Counted from the first letter of the stretch, positions 49,007-59,218 are shown. The stretch: 64,000 nt of DNA from Trueperaceae bacterium (GCA_965213925.1 OZ243927.1:3680001-3744000), one strand, 5' to 3'. The notes: a model not told the origin generated them from the letters alone. A program made the numbers and translations.

Positions 49007-51385
49007 CTAAACAGTGCGTATAAGAACGACGCCTTGGCTATCCGCCAAGGTCACGGGCGCATCGGCGCGTTCAAACGTCACACCCGGCGCGGCGAGCACG
49101 AGCCTCCAGCCTTCTGACTCCAACCCCGCCAAGGGCAGTTCGGTCGGCGTCACCTCTACGGGGTCGCCCTCCATGTTCGCCACGAAGAGCACCTGCTCGT
49201 CGCCCGCTGGCGAGGTGCGCAGGCTGTAAAAGAGCGTCGCTTCGTCGGTTACGGTGTGCCCGTAATCGTCACCTTCACTCAGGTCACGCCTGAGCCAGAA
49301 ACGTTCGCGGCGAAACTCGCGCACGGCGAGGTTGAAGCTCGAGCGTCCCTCGTCCAAACGCTCTACCGATAGGCTTACGCTGCAAAAGTCGTGGAGGTCG
49401 TCCATAAAGGCTCTTGCGGTGCGTTTAAGCGCTGCCATCGAAAGCTCGGGACCCGCTAGGGGGGGTTCAACGTCCTTTAAGAGCACGACCATCGTGACCA
49501 GGCTGTAGCTCGTCAGCGTCATAGTTTTGACGAGTTCCTCCATAAAGCGGCGCAGCTCGCTTAGCTCCCCAAAGCCGAGCGCTTTAAGCCGCTTAAAGGT
49601 GTCGGCTTTCGCGTAGGCGATCTCGTCGACTTGCCACCACAAAAAGCGCGCCTCTTCCGACATGACTTTCACGCCGTAGAGGTCGTCGGTGTTGCGGATG
49701 AAGCCCCAAGGCGCGTGCACCGCGGCGTTGAGAAAGTCCATCGGCACGCCCGGAAAGCTGGCGTAGGCGAGCAGATGCGCCGCCGGGTTGTCGTAGGCGT
49801 TGCGTAAAATATCGGGGAGGTGTTCGCCTAAACGCTCGTTGATGGGCTCGCCTAAGCTAATCTGCGTGCCGCGCCGCACCGTGTCGTGGTTTGCGCAGCC
49901 CGAAATCCAGTGGCTGCCCTTCGTGTAAATCTCCTCGACGCGCCACCAACGCTCGCGCCAGAAGCCGCGCAGAGCGGGCGTGTTGTGCGCAAACGTCAAA
50001 GGACCCCACTGAAAGGTGTCGGGCTGCTGCTTGATCACGTCGTCGTAGGTCGAGGCGGTCATCCAGTCTTCGCGGGGCCAGGGTCTGCCGTCTTCGAAGA
50101 TCATCCAGGGGTAGTAACGCACGCCCGCGACCTCTTGCTCGACGTCGCTCATCTTTTGCAAGTAGTCGTCGTCGTGCTCGACAGCTTGTTTTTCGGCGTT
50201 CCACACCTTGAAGTCCTGCGCGCCGTCCACGCGCACGCCGTCCGCGCCGATGTCGACCTTGCGGCGCTGCATCTCGAGCATCACAGCGCGCACCACCGGA
50301 TGCTTCTGGTTCACGTCCTGCCCGTACATGTTGGGGCCGCGAAACCAGTACGCATTGAGCAAGCTGAGCGCCTGATTGTCCGCGTGTCCGTAGACCACGT
50401 CGAGAATAAGCTTGATCGGTTTGCCGGGAAAGTTGTGGAGCGCCGCCACAAAGTCTAAAACCTCGTCAGGACGCCTCGTCTCCAAGAGGACGGGGTTGGT
50501 CGCAGAGGACGCGGACAAGACGATGTCGTAGCCCCAGTTGGTCATGTTGGGGCGGCGGAGCTGAACGTTCAGCGCGACGACCTCGTTACTTTTGTCGTCG
50601 ATCTCTAAGGGCTGCCAGAAGTGCGGTCCCATCTCGTACTCGATAAGGGGCTCAAAGGGGAGCGGTTGAATGGCGTCATAGCCCAAATAGACCCGCTCTT
50701 CCGGGGTGAGCGCTTCGCCCGCGCGCACCTTGTCGGCGATACGTTCTAGCGCATGGGTAAGCCCGGCGAGCGTGCCGTTCGCCGTCGCCGTCGGCACGTG
50801 AAGCTGCAAGATGTTCGTCGTCGGCGAAAAGTGAACGACTTGCCCCGCTTCGGCGAGGCGCGCGTAGTAGTCCTTGTCCTTGCGCTCAGCTTGCATCCGC
50901 GCCACGTCGTAAAACTCGGCGGGCGCAAACGCGCCGAAGGGCAGCGAGGCGGCGAGCACGTCCGGGGAGGTCTCCCAGCCCCCTTTCGCCTCTTGATAGG
51001 TCAGCCAGTACAAGCTGCCGAGTTCGTTGCGACTGCCCGCTGTCATCCCCTCGACGACACCCCAGAGATAGTCACCCTCCTGCGCCAAAGACACGAGTTC
51101 GCGCCGAAAGGAGACCTCTTGCAAGGGCGCTGAGAGGTCGATGTCGGAGCGCGGCGTGTAGACCTCTAAAAAGATGCGCTCCGGCGAGATACCGCGCTGC
51201 GCGAGTTCGGGCACCCAAAAGCCCAGCTCAGCCTTTCCGTCGACAAGGTGAGCGCCCAAGCGTCTAACGAGGTGCTGCGCGGCGACGAAGGGGTCTTCGT
51301 GGGTCTGCTGAACGTCCTGAGCCCAAGCGACGAGGTCGGCGGTAGCGTCCTGTAAAAGGCGGCATTGTGTAGGTGCGTCAATCAT
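49007..51385 (-). CDS. gghA: Glucosylglycerol hydrolase (GghA-like, alpha-amylase-type fold)
   Basis: RLGAH, NWGYD, DVVYGHADNQ, NMYGQD, DGVRVDGAQDF, FEDGRPWP and NHDT motifs. Confidence 0.75.
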   Translation of the reverse strand: MIDAPTQCRLLQDATADLVAWAQDVQQTHEDPFVAAQHLVRRLGAHLVDGKAELGFWVPELAQRGISPERIFLEVYTPRSDIDLSAPLQEVSFRRELVSLAQEGDYLWGVVEGMTAGSRNELGSLYWLTYQEAKGGWETSPDVLAASLPFGAFAPAEFYDVARMQAERKDKDYYARLAEAGQVVHFSPTTNILQLHVPTATANGTLAGLTHALERIADKVRAGEALTPEERVYLGYDAIQPLPFEPLIEYEMGPHFWQPLEIDDKSNEVVALNVQLRRPNMTNWGYDIVLSASSATNPVLLETRRPDEVLDFVAALHNFPGKPIKLILDVVYGHADNQALSLLNAYWFRGPNMYGQDVNQKHPVVRAVMLEMQRRKVDIGADGVRVDGAQDFKVWNAEKQAVEHDDDYLQKMSDVEQEVAGVRYYPWMIFEDGRPWPREDWMTASTYDDVIKQQPDTFQWGPLTFAHNTPALRGFWRERWWRVEEIYTKGSHWISGCANHDTVRRGTQISLGEPINERLGEHLPDILRNAYDNPAAHLLAYASFPGVPMDFLNAAVHAPWGFIRNTDDLYGVKVMSEEARFLWWQVDEIAYAKADTFKRLKALGFGELSELRRFMEELVKTMTLTSYSLVTMVVLLKDVEPPLAGPELSMAALKRTARAFMDDLHDFCSVSLSVERLDEGRSSFNLAVREFRRERFWLRRDLSEGDDYGHTVTDEATLFYSLRTSPAGDEQVLFVANMEGDPVEVTPTELPLAGLESEGWRLVLAAPGVTFERADAPVTLADSQGVVLIRTV

Positions 51386-51773
51386 AATTATCTCAGCCTA
51401 CCCCATAATAATGCCGCGTGAAAGAGCAGAGGGAAAACGCTATCAACGTGGTGGCTTAGAGGCTACAACGGCGCTCCAGACGGAGCCGTTACGCATCTGA
51501 GCCACCCAAAGCTCTGAGAAAGGTCCAGAACTAAATGCCGCCTGACACGCGGTTCTTTCGCACCGATACCCCGAGCTAGTGAGACGCAGTGACGCGCGGT
51601 GAGCCATGCTCGGCGGGCTTAAAGAACGATTCGGTACGTTCTCTGCTAGTGTACCCAGGCTCCGAAGGACGTATCATTTGAAAGCAACGTCACATGGGTG
51701 AGATTGTAGGTCGCGCAACAAAATGGTAGATTAGCGGCAGCAACTTAAGCAGTCAATATCTGGAGGTTTACAC

Positions 51774-53336
51774 ATGCCCATACTTAGATGGTTCCTCATC
51801 GCCCTTTTGTTCCTACCCGTGGTCGCCGCGCAAGGGACGCTCAACTATCCTATCGACGCCGACCCCGAAAGCCTGGACGCTTGGCGCACGACGACCGTGG
51901 CGTCGCGGCGCATCCTCGACAACGTCTACGAGGGCTTGACCACGCTCGACCCGGAAACAGCGGAAATCGTCCCCGGACTCGCCGAATCGTGGGAGGTCTC
52001 GGAGGACGGGCTCACCTACACCTTTACGCTCCGCGAGGGCGTCTTGTTTCAAGAGGTCGAGGGCGTCGAGTATGAAAACCGAGAGCTGAGCGCGGAAGAC
52101 GTGGTCTGGTCCTGGACGCGCTACCTCACGGAAGACACCAGTATCTCGGAGCACCCGGAATATTTAAGCGCCGTGGCGGGCGCAGAGGCGTATCTGGCGG
52201 GGGAAGCCGAGAGCGTGTCGGGGCTCAATGTGGTGGATGACACTACCCTCGAGGTCACCCTAGCCCAACCCAACCACCGCTTCTTAGCAGACCTTATCAA
52301 CGCCTACGTCGTGCCCGAAGAGGCGTTAGAAGGCTTGGGCGAAGAGCTTTCGAACCGTCCGGTCGGCACGGGGCCGTTTATGCTCGAAAGGTGGAACCGC
52401 GACGACCAGCTCATCTTGGTTAAAAACCCCGACTACTGGGAAGCGGGCTTGCCACATCTGGATAGCGTACGCTTCTTGAACGTGCCCGAAGCGAGCACGG
52501 GCCTACTGCAGTACCGCGAGGGCGAGTTGGACCTCTTGCTCGACATCCCCTCCGCGCAGATGGAGTCCGTAAGGCAAGAATTCGCCGACGAGTTCTACGA
52601 AGCGCCGGGGCTCAACGTGCGCTACTGGGGCTTCAAGATGACGGGCGAGCCCTTCGGCAGCAACCCCACACTGCGCCAGGCGCTCAACTACGCGGTGGAC
52701 CGCGAGCTGATCTGGAACGTGCTGATGGAGGGCGCGCGTCGTCCCGGCACAGCGGGCGTCTTGCCGCCCGAGATGCCCGCGGCGGACGTGCCGGGCTACG
52801 AGTACGACGTCGAGCGTGCCAGAGAACTGCTCGCCGAGGCAGGCTACCCGGAGGGCGAAGGTTTGGAACCCGTCACGCTCTACTACTTCGCCTCCGCCGA
52901 GGACGCGCCGCAGCTCGCCTTCCAGGACATGATGCGGCAAATAGGCGTGACGGTCAACCTACAAAAAGAGGACAACTCGACCTACTGGAGCCATATCGGT
53001 GAGGACGACGTGCAGCTTTTCTTGTCGGGCTGGAGCGCCGACTTCGCCGACCCGAGCGAGGTGTTCGACTTCTTGTTCCGCGACGGCCGCGACGACACCC
53101 AGTACGACAACCCCGAAGTGAACGAACTCCTAGCCGAAGCGAACGCGCTGACCGACGACGAGGCGCGCAACGCGCTCTACCGCGAAATCCATGAGATCAT
53201 CGTGGCGGACGCGCCCTGGATCGTCTCGGCGTACTCGACTATCACCTTTTTGCAAAAACCTTATGTGGAAGGGCTCAGTGTCTCCCCCGCAGGTCTTTAC
53301 CGCGCGCCGCTCAAGTACGTCGAGATCAACCGGTAA
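51774..53336 (+). CDS. Peptide/nickel ABC transporter substrate-binding protein (OppA/DppA family)
   Basis: PGLAESWEVSEDGLTYTF, PVGTGPF and RQALNYAVDRE motifs. Confidence 0.92.
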   Translation: MPILRWFLIALLFLPVVAAQGTLNYPIDADPESLDAWRTTTVASRRILDNVYEGLTTLDPETAEIVPGLAESWEVSEDGLTYTFTLREGVLFQEVEGVEYENRELSAEDVVWSWTRYLTEDTSISEHPEYLSAVAGAEAYLAGEAESVSGLNVVDDTTLEVTLAQPNHRFLADLINAYVVPEEALEGLGEELSNRPVGTGPFMLERWNRDDQLILVKNPDYWEAGLPHLDSVRFLNVPEASTGLLQYREGELDLLLDIPSAQMESVRQEFADEFYEAPGLNVRYWGFKMTGEPFGSNPTLRQALNYAVDRELIWNVLMEGARRPGTAGVLPPEMPAADVPGYEYDVERARELLAEAGYPEGEGLEPVTLYYFASAEDAPQLAFQDMMRQIGVTVNLQKEDNSTYWSHIGEDDVQLFLSGWSADFADPSEVFDFLFRDGRDDTQYDNPEVNELLAEANALTDDEARNALYREIHEIIVADAPWIVSAYSTITFLQKPYVEGLSVSPAGLYRAPLKYVEINR

Positions 53337-53573
53337 TGCGCTTGAACGCTTCTGTCAGGGCATCTTGAATCCTGATGGGGTGACGGCAGCGTGGTGAAGC
53401 CTACTCCTTTGAGCCAGGTTGAAGCAGAGCTTGAAGCTCTGCTTCCCCATCCTGCTCGCTACACCTCTCAGCGCGCAGCTCGAGAGGTCTCCCCTGTTTT
53501 CCAAAGCAACACCTACACCGTAGATTTTTATGTAGACGTCTGCACAAACCTCTTTGAAGGGCGTCGTCACTAG

Positions 53574-54518
53574 ATGTTCCAATACGTCCTGCAAAGGCTC
53601 CTGCTCGCCGTCCCCACCCTACTCGGCGTCTTCAGCATCATCTTCGCGCTCACCTACCTGATGCCGGGCGACCCGGTGCGCGCGGCGATGGGCGAGAACT
53701 ACCGCCGCGCCGACCCCGAGACTATCGAGCGGGTGCGCGAGCGCTTAGGCTTGAACGACCCCTGGTACGTACAGTACACGCGCTTTTTGGGGCGCACGGT
53801 GCGCGGCGACTTGGGCGAGAGCTTCGTTTTAGACGAGCCCGTCATGGGCATTATCCGCTACCGCTTCCCGCGCACCGTGCAGCTCATGGCGGCGGCGCTC
53901 CTCGTCGCTATTGCCATCGGAATTCCGGCGGGTCTTTTGGCGGCGCGCTACCAGTACACCTGGGTGGACCACACCTTGATGCTCGTCGCGCTCATCGGCG
54001 TCGCCATGCCGGTCTTCTGGCAGGCGATTCTCGCCAAGATTTTTCTGACGCAGGACACGTACGGGATCGCGCTCTTCCCGGTCGCGGGCTACGGCGGCGG
54101 CAACCCGCTCTACATGGTGCTGCCCTCCTTGGTCTTAGGCACGCACCTGAGCGCGACCATCGCCCGCGTGATGCGCTCGTCGCTCCTAGAGGAGCGGAGC
54201 AAGGACTACTCGAGGACCGCCCGGTCGAAAGGTCTGAGCAGCGCCCAGATCATCACCCGCCACCAGCTCCGCAACGCGCTGATTCCGGTTCTGACCGTGA
54301 TCGGTTTGGACGTGGGCTACCTCTTAGGTGGCTCGGTGGTGACGGAGACCGTCTTTAACTGGCCCGGACTAGGGCGAGCGGTGGTCAACGCCATCTTCCG
54401 CCAGGACAGCCCGGTCATCATCGGCACGCTGGTCTTCGGCGCGGTGCTCTTTATCTTGGTCAACTTGGTCATCGACCTCTTATACGTGGCGCTCAACCCG
54501 CAGATTCAGTACACGTGA
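53574..54518 (+). CDS. ABC transporter permease (OppB/DppB)
   Basis: MPGDP, GDLGES, TARSKGL and ETVFNWPGLG motifs. Confidence 0.92.
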   Translation: MFQYVLQRLLLAVPTLLGVFSIIFALTYLMPGDPVRAAMGENYRRADPETIERVRERLGLNDPWYVQYTRFLGRTVRGDLGESFVLDEPVMGIIRYRFPRTVQLMAAALLVAIAIGIPAGLLAARYQYTWVDHTLMLVALIGVAMPVFWQAILAKIFLTQDTYGIALFPVAGYGGGNPLYMVLPSLVLGTHLSATIARVMRSSLLEERSKDYSRTARSKGLSSAQIITRHQLRNALIPVLTVIGLDVGYLLGGSVVTETVFNWPGLGRAVVNAIFRQDSPVIIGTLVFGAVLFILVNLVIDLLYVALNPQIQYT

Positions 54519-55390
54519 CGGGTCAGCTCTCTCTCGGGCATTCGGTTAGGCGTTTTGCGCGCAGCAGGATCGTCAGGACCTTTCTGCGCCACCGGGTCGG
54601 GCTCGTCGGCTTGGGCATCGTCACCCTGTTCAGCCTCGCGGCGATCTTCGCGCCGCTGCTCGCGCCGCACGACCCCCTGGAGCAGCGCATCGCGACGGCG
54701 CGGCTCGAGCCCCCTTCCGCCGAGTACCCGCTCGGCACCGACGAACTCGGGCGCGACCTCTTGAGCCGCCTCATCTACGGCGCGCGCATCTCCATGCGCA
54801 TCGGGCTCATCGCCGAGGGCATCGCGCTGAGTATCGGCATCGTGCTCGGCAGTTTGGCAGGCTACTTAGGGGGTTGGGTGGACAACCTCATCATGCGCCT
54901 CACCGACGTGTTCTTCGCGATCCCTTCCCTACTCTTCTTGATCGTCGTCGTATTCATCTTCGACGCGAACGCCACCACCATCTTCGTGGCGCTCGGGCTG
55001 ATCAGTTGGCCCAGCGAGGCGCGGCTCATGCGCTCGGAGGTGCTACGCTTACGCGGGCGCGAGTTCGTGACCGCCGCTGAAGCGTTAGGCTCGCCCAAAG
55101 GTCGCGTCATCGTCCGCCACATCCTCCCCAACGCGCTCGCGTCGATGGTCGTGCTCGGCTCGCTGGGCGTCGCCGGGGCGATTTTGAGCGAAGCGACGCT
55201 CTCCTTTTTAGGGCTAGGCATCCAGCAGCCCGTACCGAGTTGGGGCACGATGATCAATCAGGGGCAGGAGTACATCTTCACCGCCTGGTGGTATAGCGTC
55301 TTTCCGGGGCTCACCATCATGCTCGTGGTGCTCGGTTTCAACTTCGTGGGCGACGCCTTGCGCGACGCGCTGGCGGTCGAGGAGCGCTGA
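54515..55390 (+). CDS. ABC transporter permease (OppC/DppC)
   Basis: LGTDELGRD, EFVTAAEALG and LSFLGLG..PSWG motifs. Confidence 0.92.
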   Translation: MTGQLSLGHSVRRFARSRIVRTFLRHRVGLVGLGIVTLFSLAAIFAPLLAPHDPLEQRIATARLEPPSAEYPLGTDELGRDLLSRLIYGARISMRIGLIAEGIALSIGIVLGSLAGYLGGWVDNLIMRLTDVFFAIPSLLFLIVVVFIFDANATTIFVALGLISWPSEARLMRSEVLRLRGREFVTAAEALGSPKGRVIVRHILPNALASMVVLGSLGVAGAILSEATLSFLGLGIQQPVPSWGTMINQGQEYIFTAWWYSVFPGLTIMLVVLGFNFVGDALRDALAVEER

Positions 55391-55397
55391 GTACATA

Positions 55398-55430
55398 AAA
55401 AGAGCGCCCCCTTTGGGAGAAAGGGGGCGA
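55398..55430. terminator. Intrinsic terminator (U-tail on the minus strand)
   Basis: AAAAAGAGCGCCCCCTTTGGGAGAAAGGGGGCG. Confidence 0.6.
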
Positions 55431-55594
55431 GAGAGGAGAGGCAGGGCGCAAATGGTGATGCATGACGTGGTAGATGACGGTTCACGGTGTTGCCCTGCCT
55501 GAATGTACTGTAGGGGATGGGGTGTCACAGGATTCTTACAAAGTAGCTTACACGAGGTTCCAGAGCAAGACGTAAGCAGGAGTACTACGCTAAG

Positions 55595-55705
55595 CCCACC
55601 AGAGGGACGCTTTCACGCAGCCGTTTAGGGAGGCTGCAATGAAGCAATCTCTCTAGCGGGCTACTAACGCCCCCCGGCGGAAGGTTACGAGGCCTCGCCT
55701 CGTAG
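55595..55705 (-). ncRNA. Candidate structured sRNA, paralogue A
   Basis: TATACT -10 at 55711-55716; 5' hairpin, conserved CCGC.GGGGGCGT.AGTAG linker, long 3' stem; homologous to 59219-59325. Confidence 0.55.
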
Positions 55706-56210
55706 TTGCGAGTATACCGTAAAAGACTGGCGTTTGTTATATGTAGCGGATTTGGCCGTCTTGCTACGTTTGCAGAGCGTTTTATACGGATTCCATGATT
55801 ATGGAATCCGTACGAGTAGTCTGGATAGTCTTTCGTTCTATCTGAAGAGGTAGAATAAACGTCCCAATCAAGTGCGCGAAGGGGTTGCTCGAGCTTAGAG
55901 CAACCCCTCTCTAGCTCGCCAAACGTCACGGCTCTTTAGAGGTTGAAGGTGGCGTTTAAGCGCCGCGTGACAGGGCAATACCTACAAACTTCGGAAAGAG
56001 GTTGGAGAGTGGCGGGCGGCGGATGAGGCGGCTCGGAAGCGTAACTGTGGCGCAGAGAGCCCAAGAAGGTACGTAACTGTACGTAAGAATGATATATTGT
56101 CATTAGCTGCTCAAAAGCTTGCGTGGGCTTACGCTACGCGCCTACGCGCTTCACCGCTGTGTGAGGAACCACTCTACACTACGTTCTAACCTATGGTTCA
56201 AAGGAGTTAC

Positions 56211-57407
56211 ATGACAGGTCCCAGCAGCAGGAAATCGTTCATTGGCCCCTTGCTCGTCCTTCTCTCGGTGGGGCTCTTGGTGGGGTCCCTAGCCGCTTGT
56301 GACGGCGGCGAGACCGAGCAGGAGGAACTGCAGAGCGAACTCACCAGCGCCCGCGACGAGCTGGAGACGACTCGAGAGCGCCTCGGCGACCTGAATAGCG
56401 AGATCGTGACGGCGCGCGCCGGCTCACAGAGTCTCAGGCAGCAGGCCCTCACCCTGGAGGAGGCTAACCAGGTTCGCGCGGACGACGCGGAAGGGGTCGA
56501 GGCGCTGCGCTCGCGAATCGTGGCTCTCGAGGACGACGCGGCGACCTTTGCCGAAACGCAAGCGGAACTTGACGAGGCGCTCGGAAATATCAACTTGGAG
56601 ATTGGCCGGGCTAGCGACCGCGTCCAAGGGGCGCGGAGCGAGCGTGACGGGCTGCTCTCGCAGCTTGCCGAGGCCCAGGCTGCGGTTGCCCAGGGCGGCG
56701 CACAGCTCCAGGAGACCAGAGAAGCCGGCGCAGCAACGCTCACGGCTACCGATAATGAGCGCACGCAGGCCCTCCAAGAGGCTGAACTGCTGCGCGTTCA
56801 AGGCGCGGAGTTAGCCACTCAGATCGCTGAGCAGCGCGAGCAGCTCAGGATGGATGAGGAGACGCTCACGGCGGCGCAAGGCCAGGTCGCCCAACTCGTA
56901 GAGCAGCAGGCGAGCTTGGTCGAGGGGATCGAGCGCACGCGGCGCGAGATTGAAACGCGCCCTAGTGCGGCGGAGGTCGAGCAGCTTTACGCGGAACGTA
57001 GCGACGCAGTAGCCGCACTTGAGGAGGTGCGCGCCGCGCTTAACGCGCGCCCTCGCAGGGAGCAGCTCAACGCCTTTTTGCGCGAAGCCGACGCGCTGCG
57101 TGCGCAGCTCGAGGGGCGACCCGACCCGCAGCTCCTCGAGGATGTGCGAGCGCGCACGCAGGCGCTTAGAGCAGAGCTTGCCGAGAGACCTACGCCCGAC
57201 GCGCTGCAGGCGGCTCAGGCGCGCGTGCGCACGCTGCAAGAGCAGCTCGAGGCGCGGCCCACAGAGGCTGAGTTGGCCGCCGTGCGCGAGCAGATTCGCA
57301 CGCTGGAATTGCAAAGCGCCGCCCCCGCAGCCGGTGGGGACCAAGCCCCCCGAGAGGGCGAGGCTCTACCGGAACCCAGTGCACCTGATGGGGAGGAGAC
57401 ACCGTGA
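56211..57407 (+). CDS. Long coiled-coil lipoprotein with 23-aa RP(T) repeats, paralogue 1
   Basis: AAGGAG RBS, lipobox LAAC, continuous heptads, Pro-rich tail. Confidence 0.8.
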   Translation: MTGPSSRKSFIGPLLVLLSVGLLVGSLAACDGGETEQEELQSELTSARDELETTRERLGDLNSEIVTARAGSQSLRQQALTLEEANQVRADDAEGVEALRSRIVALEDDAATFAETQAELDEALGNINLEIGRASDRVQGARSERDGLLSQLAEAQAAVAQGGAQLQETREAGAATLTATDNERTQALQEAELLRVQGAELATQIAEQREQLRMDEETLTAAQGQVAQLVEQQASLVEGIERTRREIETRPSAAEVEQLYAERSDAVAALEEVRAALNARPRREQLNAFLREADALRAQLEGRPDPQLLEDVRARTQALRAELAERPTPDALQAAQARVRTLQEQLEARPTEAELAAVREQIRTLELQSAAPAAGGDQAPREGEALPEPSAPDGEETP

Positions 57408-58594
57408 AGGTATCTAAAGCTCAGATTGTGGGCGTCACACTCCTGCTGCTATTAAGCCTGGGCGCTTGCGAGCGCAACAGCGGGCGAGAGGTGCTCCAGA
57501 ACGAGCTCCAAGATGAACTCAGCACCGCGCGCGCGGAACTCCAGGAGGTGCGCGCGCAACTGGGTGAACTCGAGGACGAACTGGCAGCGGCGCGTGCGGG
57601 GGCGCAAAGCTTGAACGCGCAAGCCGCCACGCTGGATCAGGCGAGCGCTACCCTCTCGGATAACAGCGAAGGGGTCGGGGCGCTCAGGGCGCGCGCTGAC
57701 GAGCTAGAAACGCAAACCACCGCCTTCGCCGAAGACCAGAGGCGGCTCAACCGCGAACTGAACACAGCCCGCCTGGAGCTGGGGGGGCTCCAAGATCAAC
57801 TGCGCTCGGTTTCAGATGAGCGCGACGACCTGCTCACGAGGCTGTCTCAACTGCGCGCTGCGAACGTCCAGCAAGCGGCGAACCTCGAGGGGTCGGACGC
57901 GGTCGAAGCCACGCGCCGCGCCGCAGCCGAAGCCGCGCGGGACGCGGCGCGCCGCGAGGTCGAGGCCCTGAGAGAGCGCAACGAGGAGCTGCGAGCGCTG
58001 AGTAGCGAGTTGGCAACGCAGTTGGGCGAATCCCGGAGGCTGGTCACCCAGGTGAACGAAGAGGTGGGCGGGCTTACAGAGACGCAGACCACCTTGCAGC
58101 AGGAGCTAACGAGCACTCGCAACGAACTCGAGACCCTCCCGGACGAGGCCGAACGCCGCGCGCTGACAGCGGCGCGGGACGAGGCGCGCGCGCAGCTCGA
58201 GGTGCTGAACCTGGAGTTAAACGCCCGGCCCACCCAGGAGCAGCTAGGCACCGCTCAAGAAGAGGTCGGGAATTTGCGCGCGGACCTCGAAGCGCGGCCC
58301 GCGCGCGCGCAACTCCAAGCCGTGCGCGCCCAGGCCCAGACCCTCGAAGCGGAGCTGAACGCACGGCCCACCCAGGGGGCGCTCGAGGCGGCCCAGGCCC
58401 GCGCCCAGGCCCTCGAGCAGGAGCTTCAAGGGCGACCTACCCGAGCAGCTTTAGACGCTGCGCGCGCGCAGCTCCAGGCTTTACAGCAAGAGAGCACAGC
58501 ACCTGCGCCGAGCCCTGCACCTACCCAAGGGGGACAACCGCCGCAACCCGCCAACCAACCGCCGCAGGGCGACGCGCCACCTCAAGGTGAGTAG
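57404..58594 (+). CDS. Long coiled-coil lipoprotein with 23-aa RP(T) repeats, paralogue 2
   Basis: GTGA overlap, lipobox LGAC, shared ARAG.QSL..QA.TL and EGV.ALR.R blocks. Confidence 0.8.
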   Translation: MKVSKAQIVGVTLLLLLSLGACERNSGREVLQNELQDELSTARAELQEVRAQLGELEDELAAARAGAQSLNAQAATLDQASATLSDNSEGVGALRARADELETQTTAFAEDQRRLNRELNTARLELGGLQDQLRSVSDERDDLLTRLSQLRAANVQQAANLEGSDAVEATRRAAAEAARDAARREVEALRERNEELRALSSELATQLGESRRLVTQVNEEVGGLTETQTTLQQELTSTRNELETLPDEAERRALTAARDEARAQLEVLNLELNARPTQEQLGTAQEEVGNLRADLEARPARAQLQAVRAQAQTLEAELNARPTQGALEAAQARAQALEQELQGRPTRAALDAARAQLQALQQESTAPAPSPAPTQGGQPPQPANQPPQGDAPPQGE

Positions 58595-58696
58595 CGCAGT
58601 GTCAGGAAGCTTAGCAGCAAGCGTGGCTGCGAAACTTCTCAGCCCCAACTCTAGGGCTGCTACAAAACTCAGCCGCCTACTCGACCAACATCTATA

Positions 58697-58728
58697 AAGG
58701 AAAGCCTCTTTCCGAGGCTTTCCTTTTC
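58697..58728. terminator. Bidirectional intrinsic terminator
   Basis: AAAGGAAAGCCTC-TTTCC-GAGGCTTTCCTTTT. Confidence 0.75.
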
Positions 58729-58741
58729 ATAGCTTTTCTTT

Positions 58742-58816
58742 TGGTAGGCGCGGGCAGGATTGAACTGCCGACCTCCACAGTGTCAGTGTGGCGCTCTCCC
58801 ACTGAGCTACGCGCCT
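58742..58816 (-). tRNA. tRNA-Val(GAC)
   Basis: AGGCGCGTAGCTCAGTGGGAGAGCG CCACA-CTGACAC-TGTGG ... GTTCAATC ... CCA. Confidence 0.96.
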
Positions 58817-58904
58817 ATGCGCTAGGTTGCTAAGTGCGTGTGGGTCTGCACTTGGGTATCACCTCACAGGTAATTTGCGGGCGAGATGATACCGCCAGGT
58901 TCCT

Positions 58905-58979
<75 letters not shown>

Positions 58980-59100
58980 AAGGAAGAAGAGAATATCACG
59001 CTGTAAGTGAGGGTGTCAACGTTAAGCATGACGCGAGAAGGCTCCTCCGCGCGAAATTGTGAAGCTGCGGCTTATCTCAGTAAGCTGCAAACGCTGAGGT

Positions 59101-59184
59101 GGGGTAGCCCCCGCAGCTCGCAGCACTGCTGCCGACACCGGGGGGCTTAAAGGTCGTGCAGCGGCGGCTGCGCGACGCCACCCC
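59101..59184 (-). ncRNA. Candidate three-way-junction sRNA
   Basis: TATACT 6 nt upstream; GGGGTGG/CTACCCC closing stem with two internal hairpins. Confidence 0.4.
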
Positions 59185-59218
59185 TGGTTCAGTATAGCGC
59201 ACGCTCTAAAAAGGAAAA

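Noticed and set aside
53391..53573. 60-aa ORF between the SBP and permease genes
   Set aside because: No clear RBS or recognisable motif; treated as spacer DNA.
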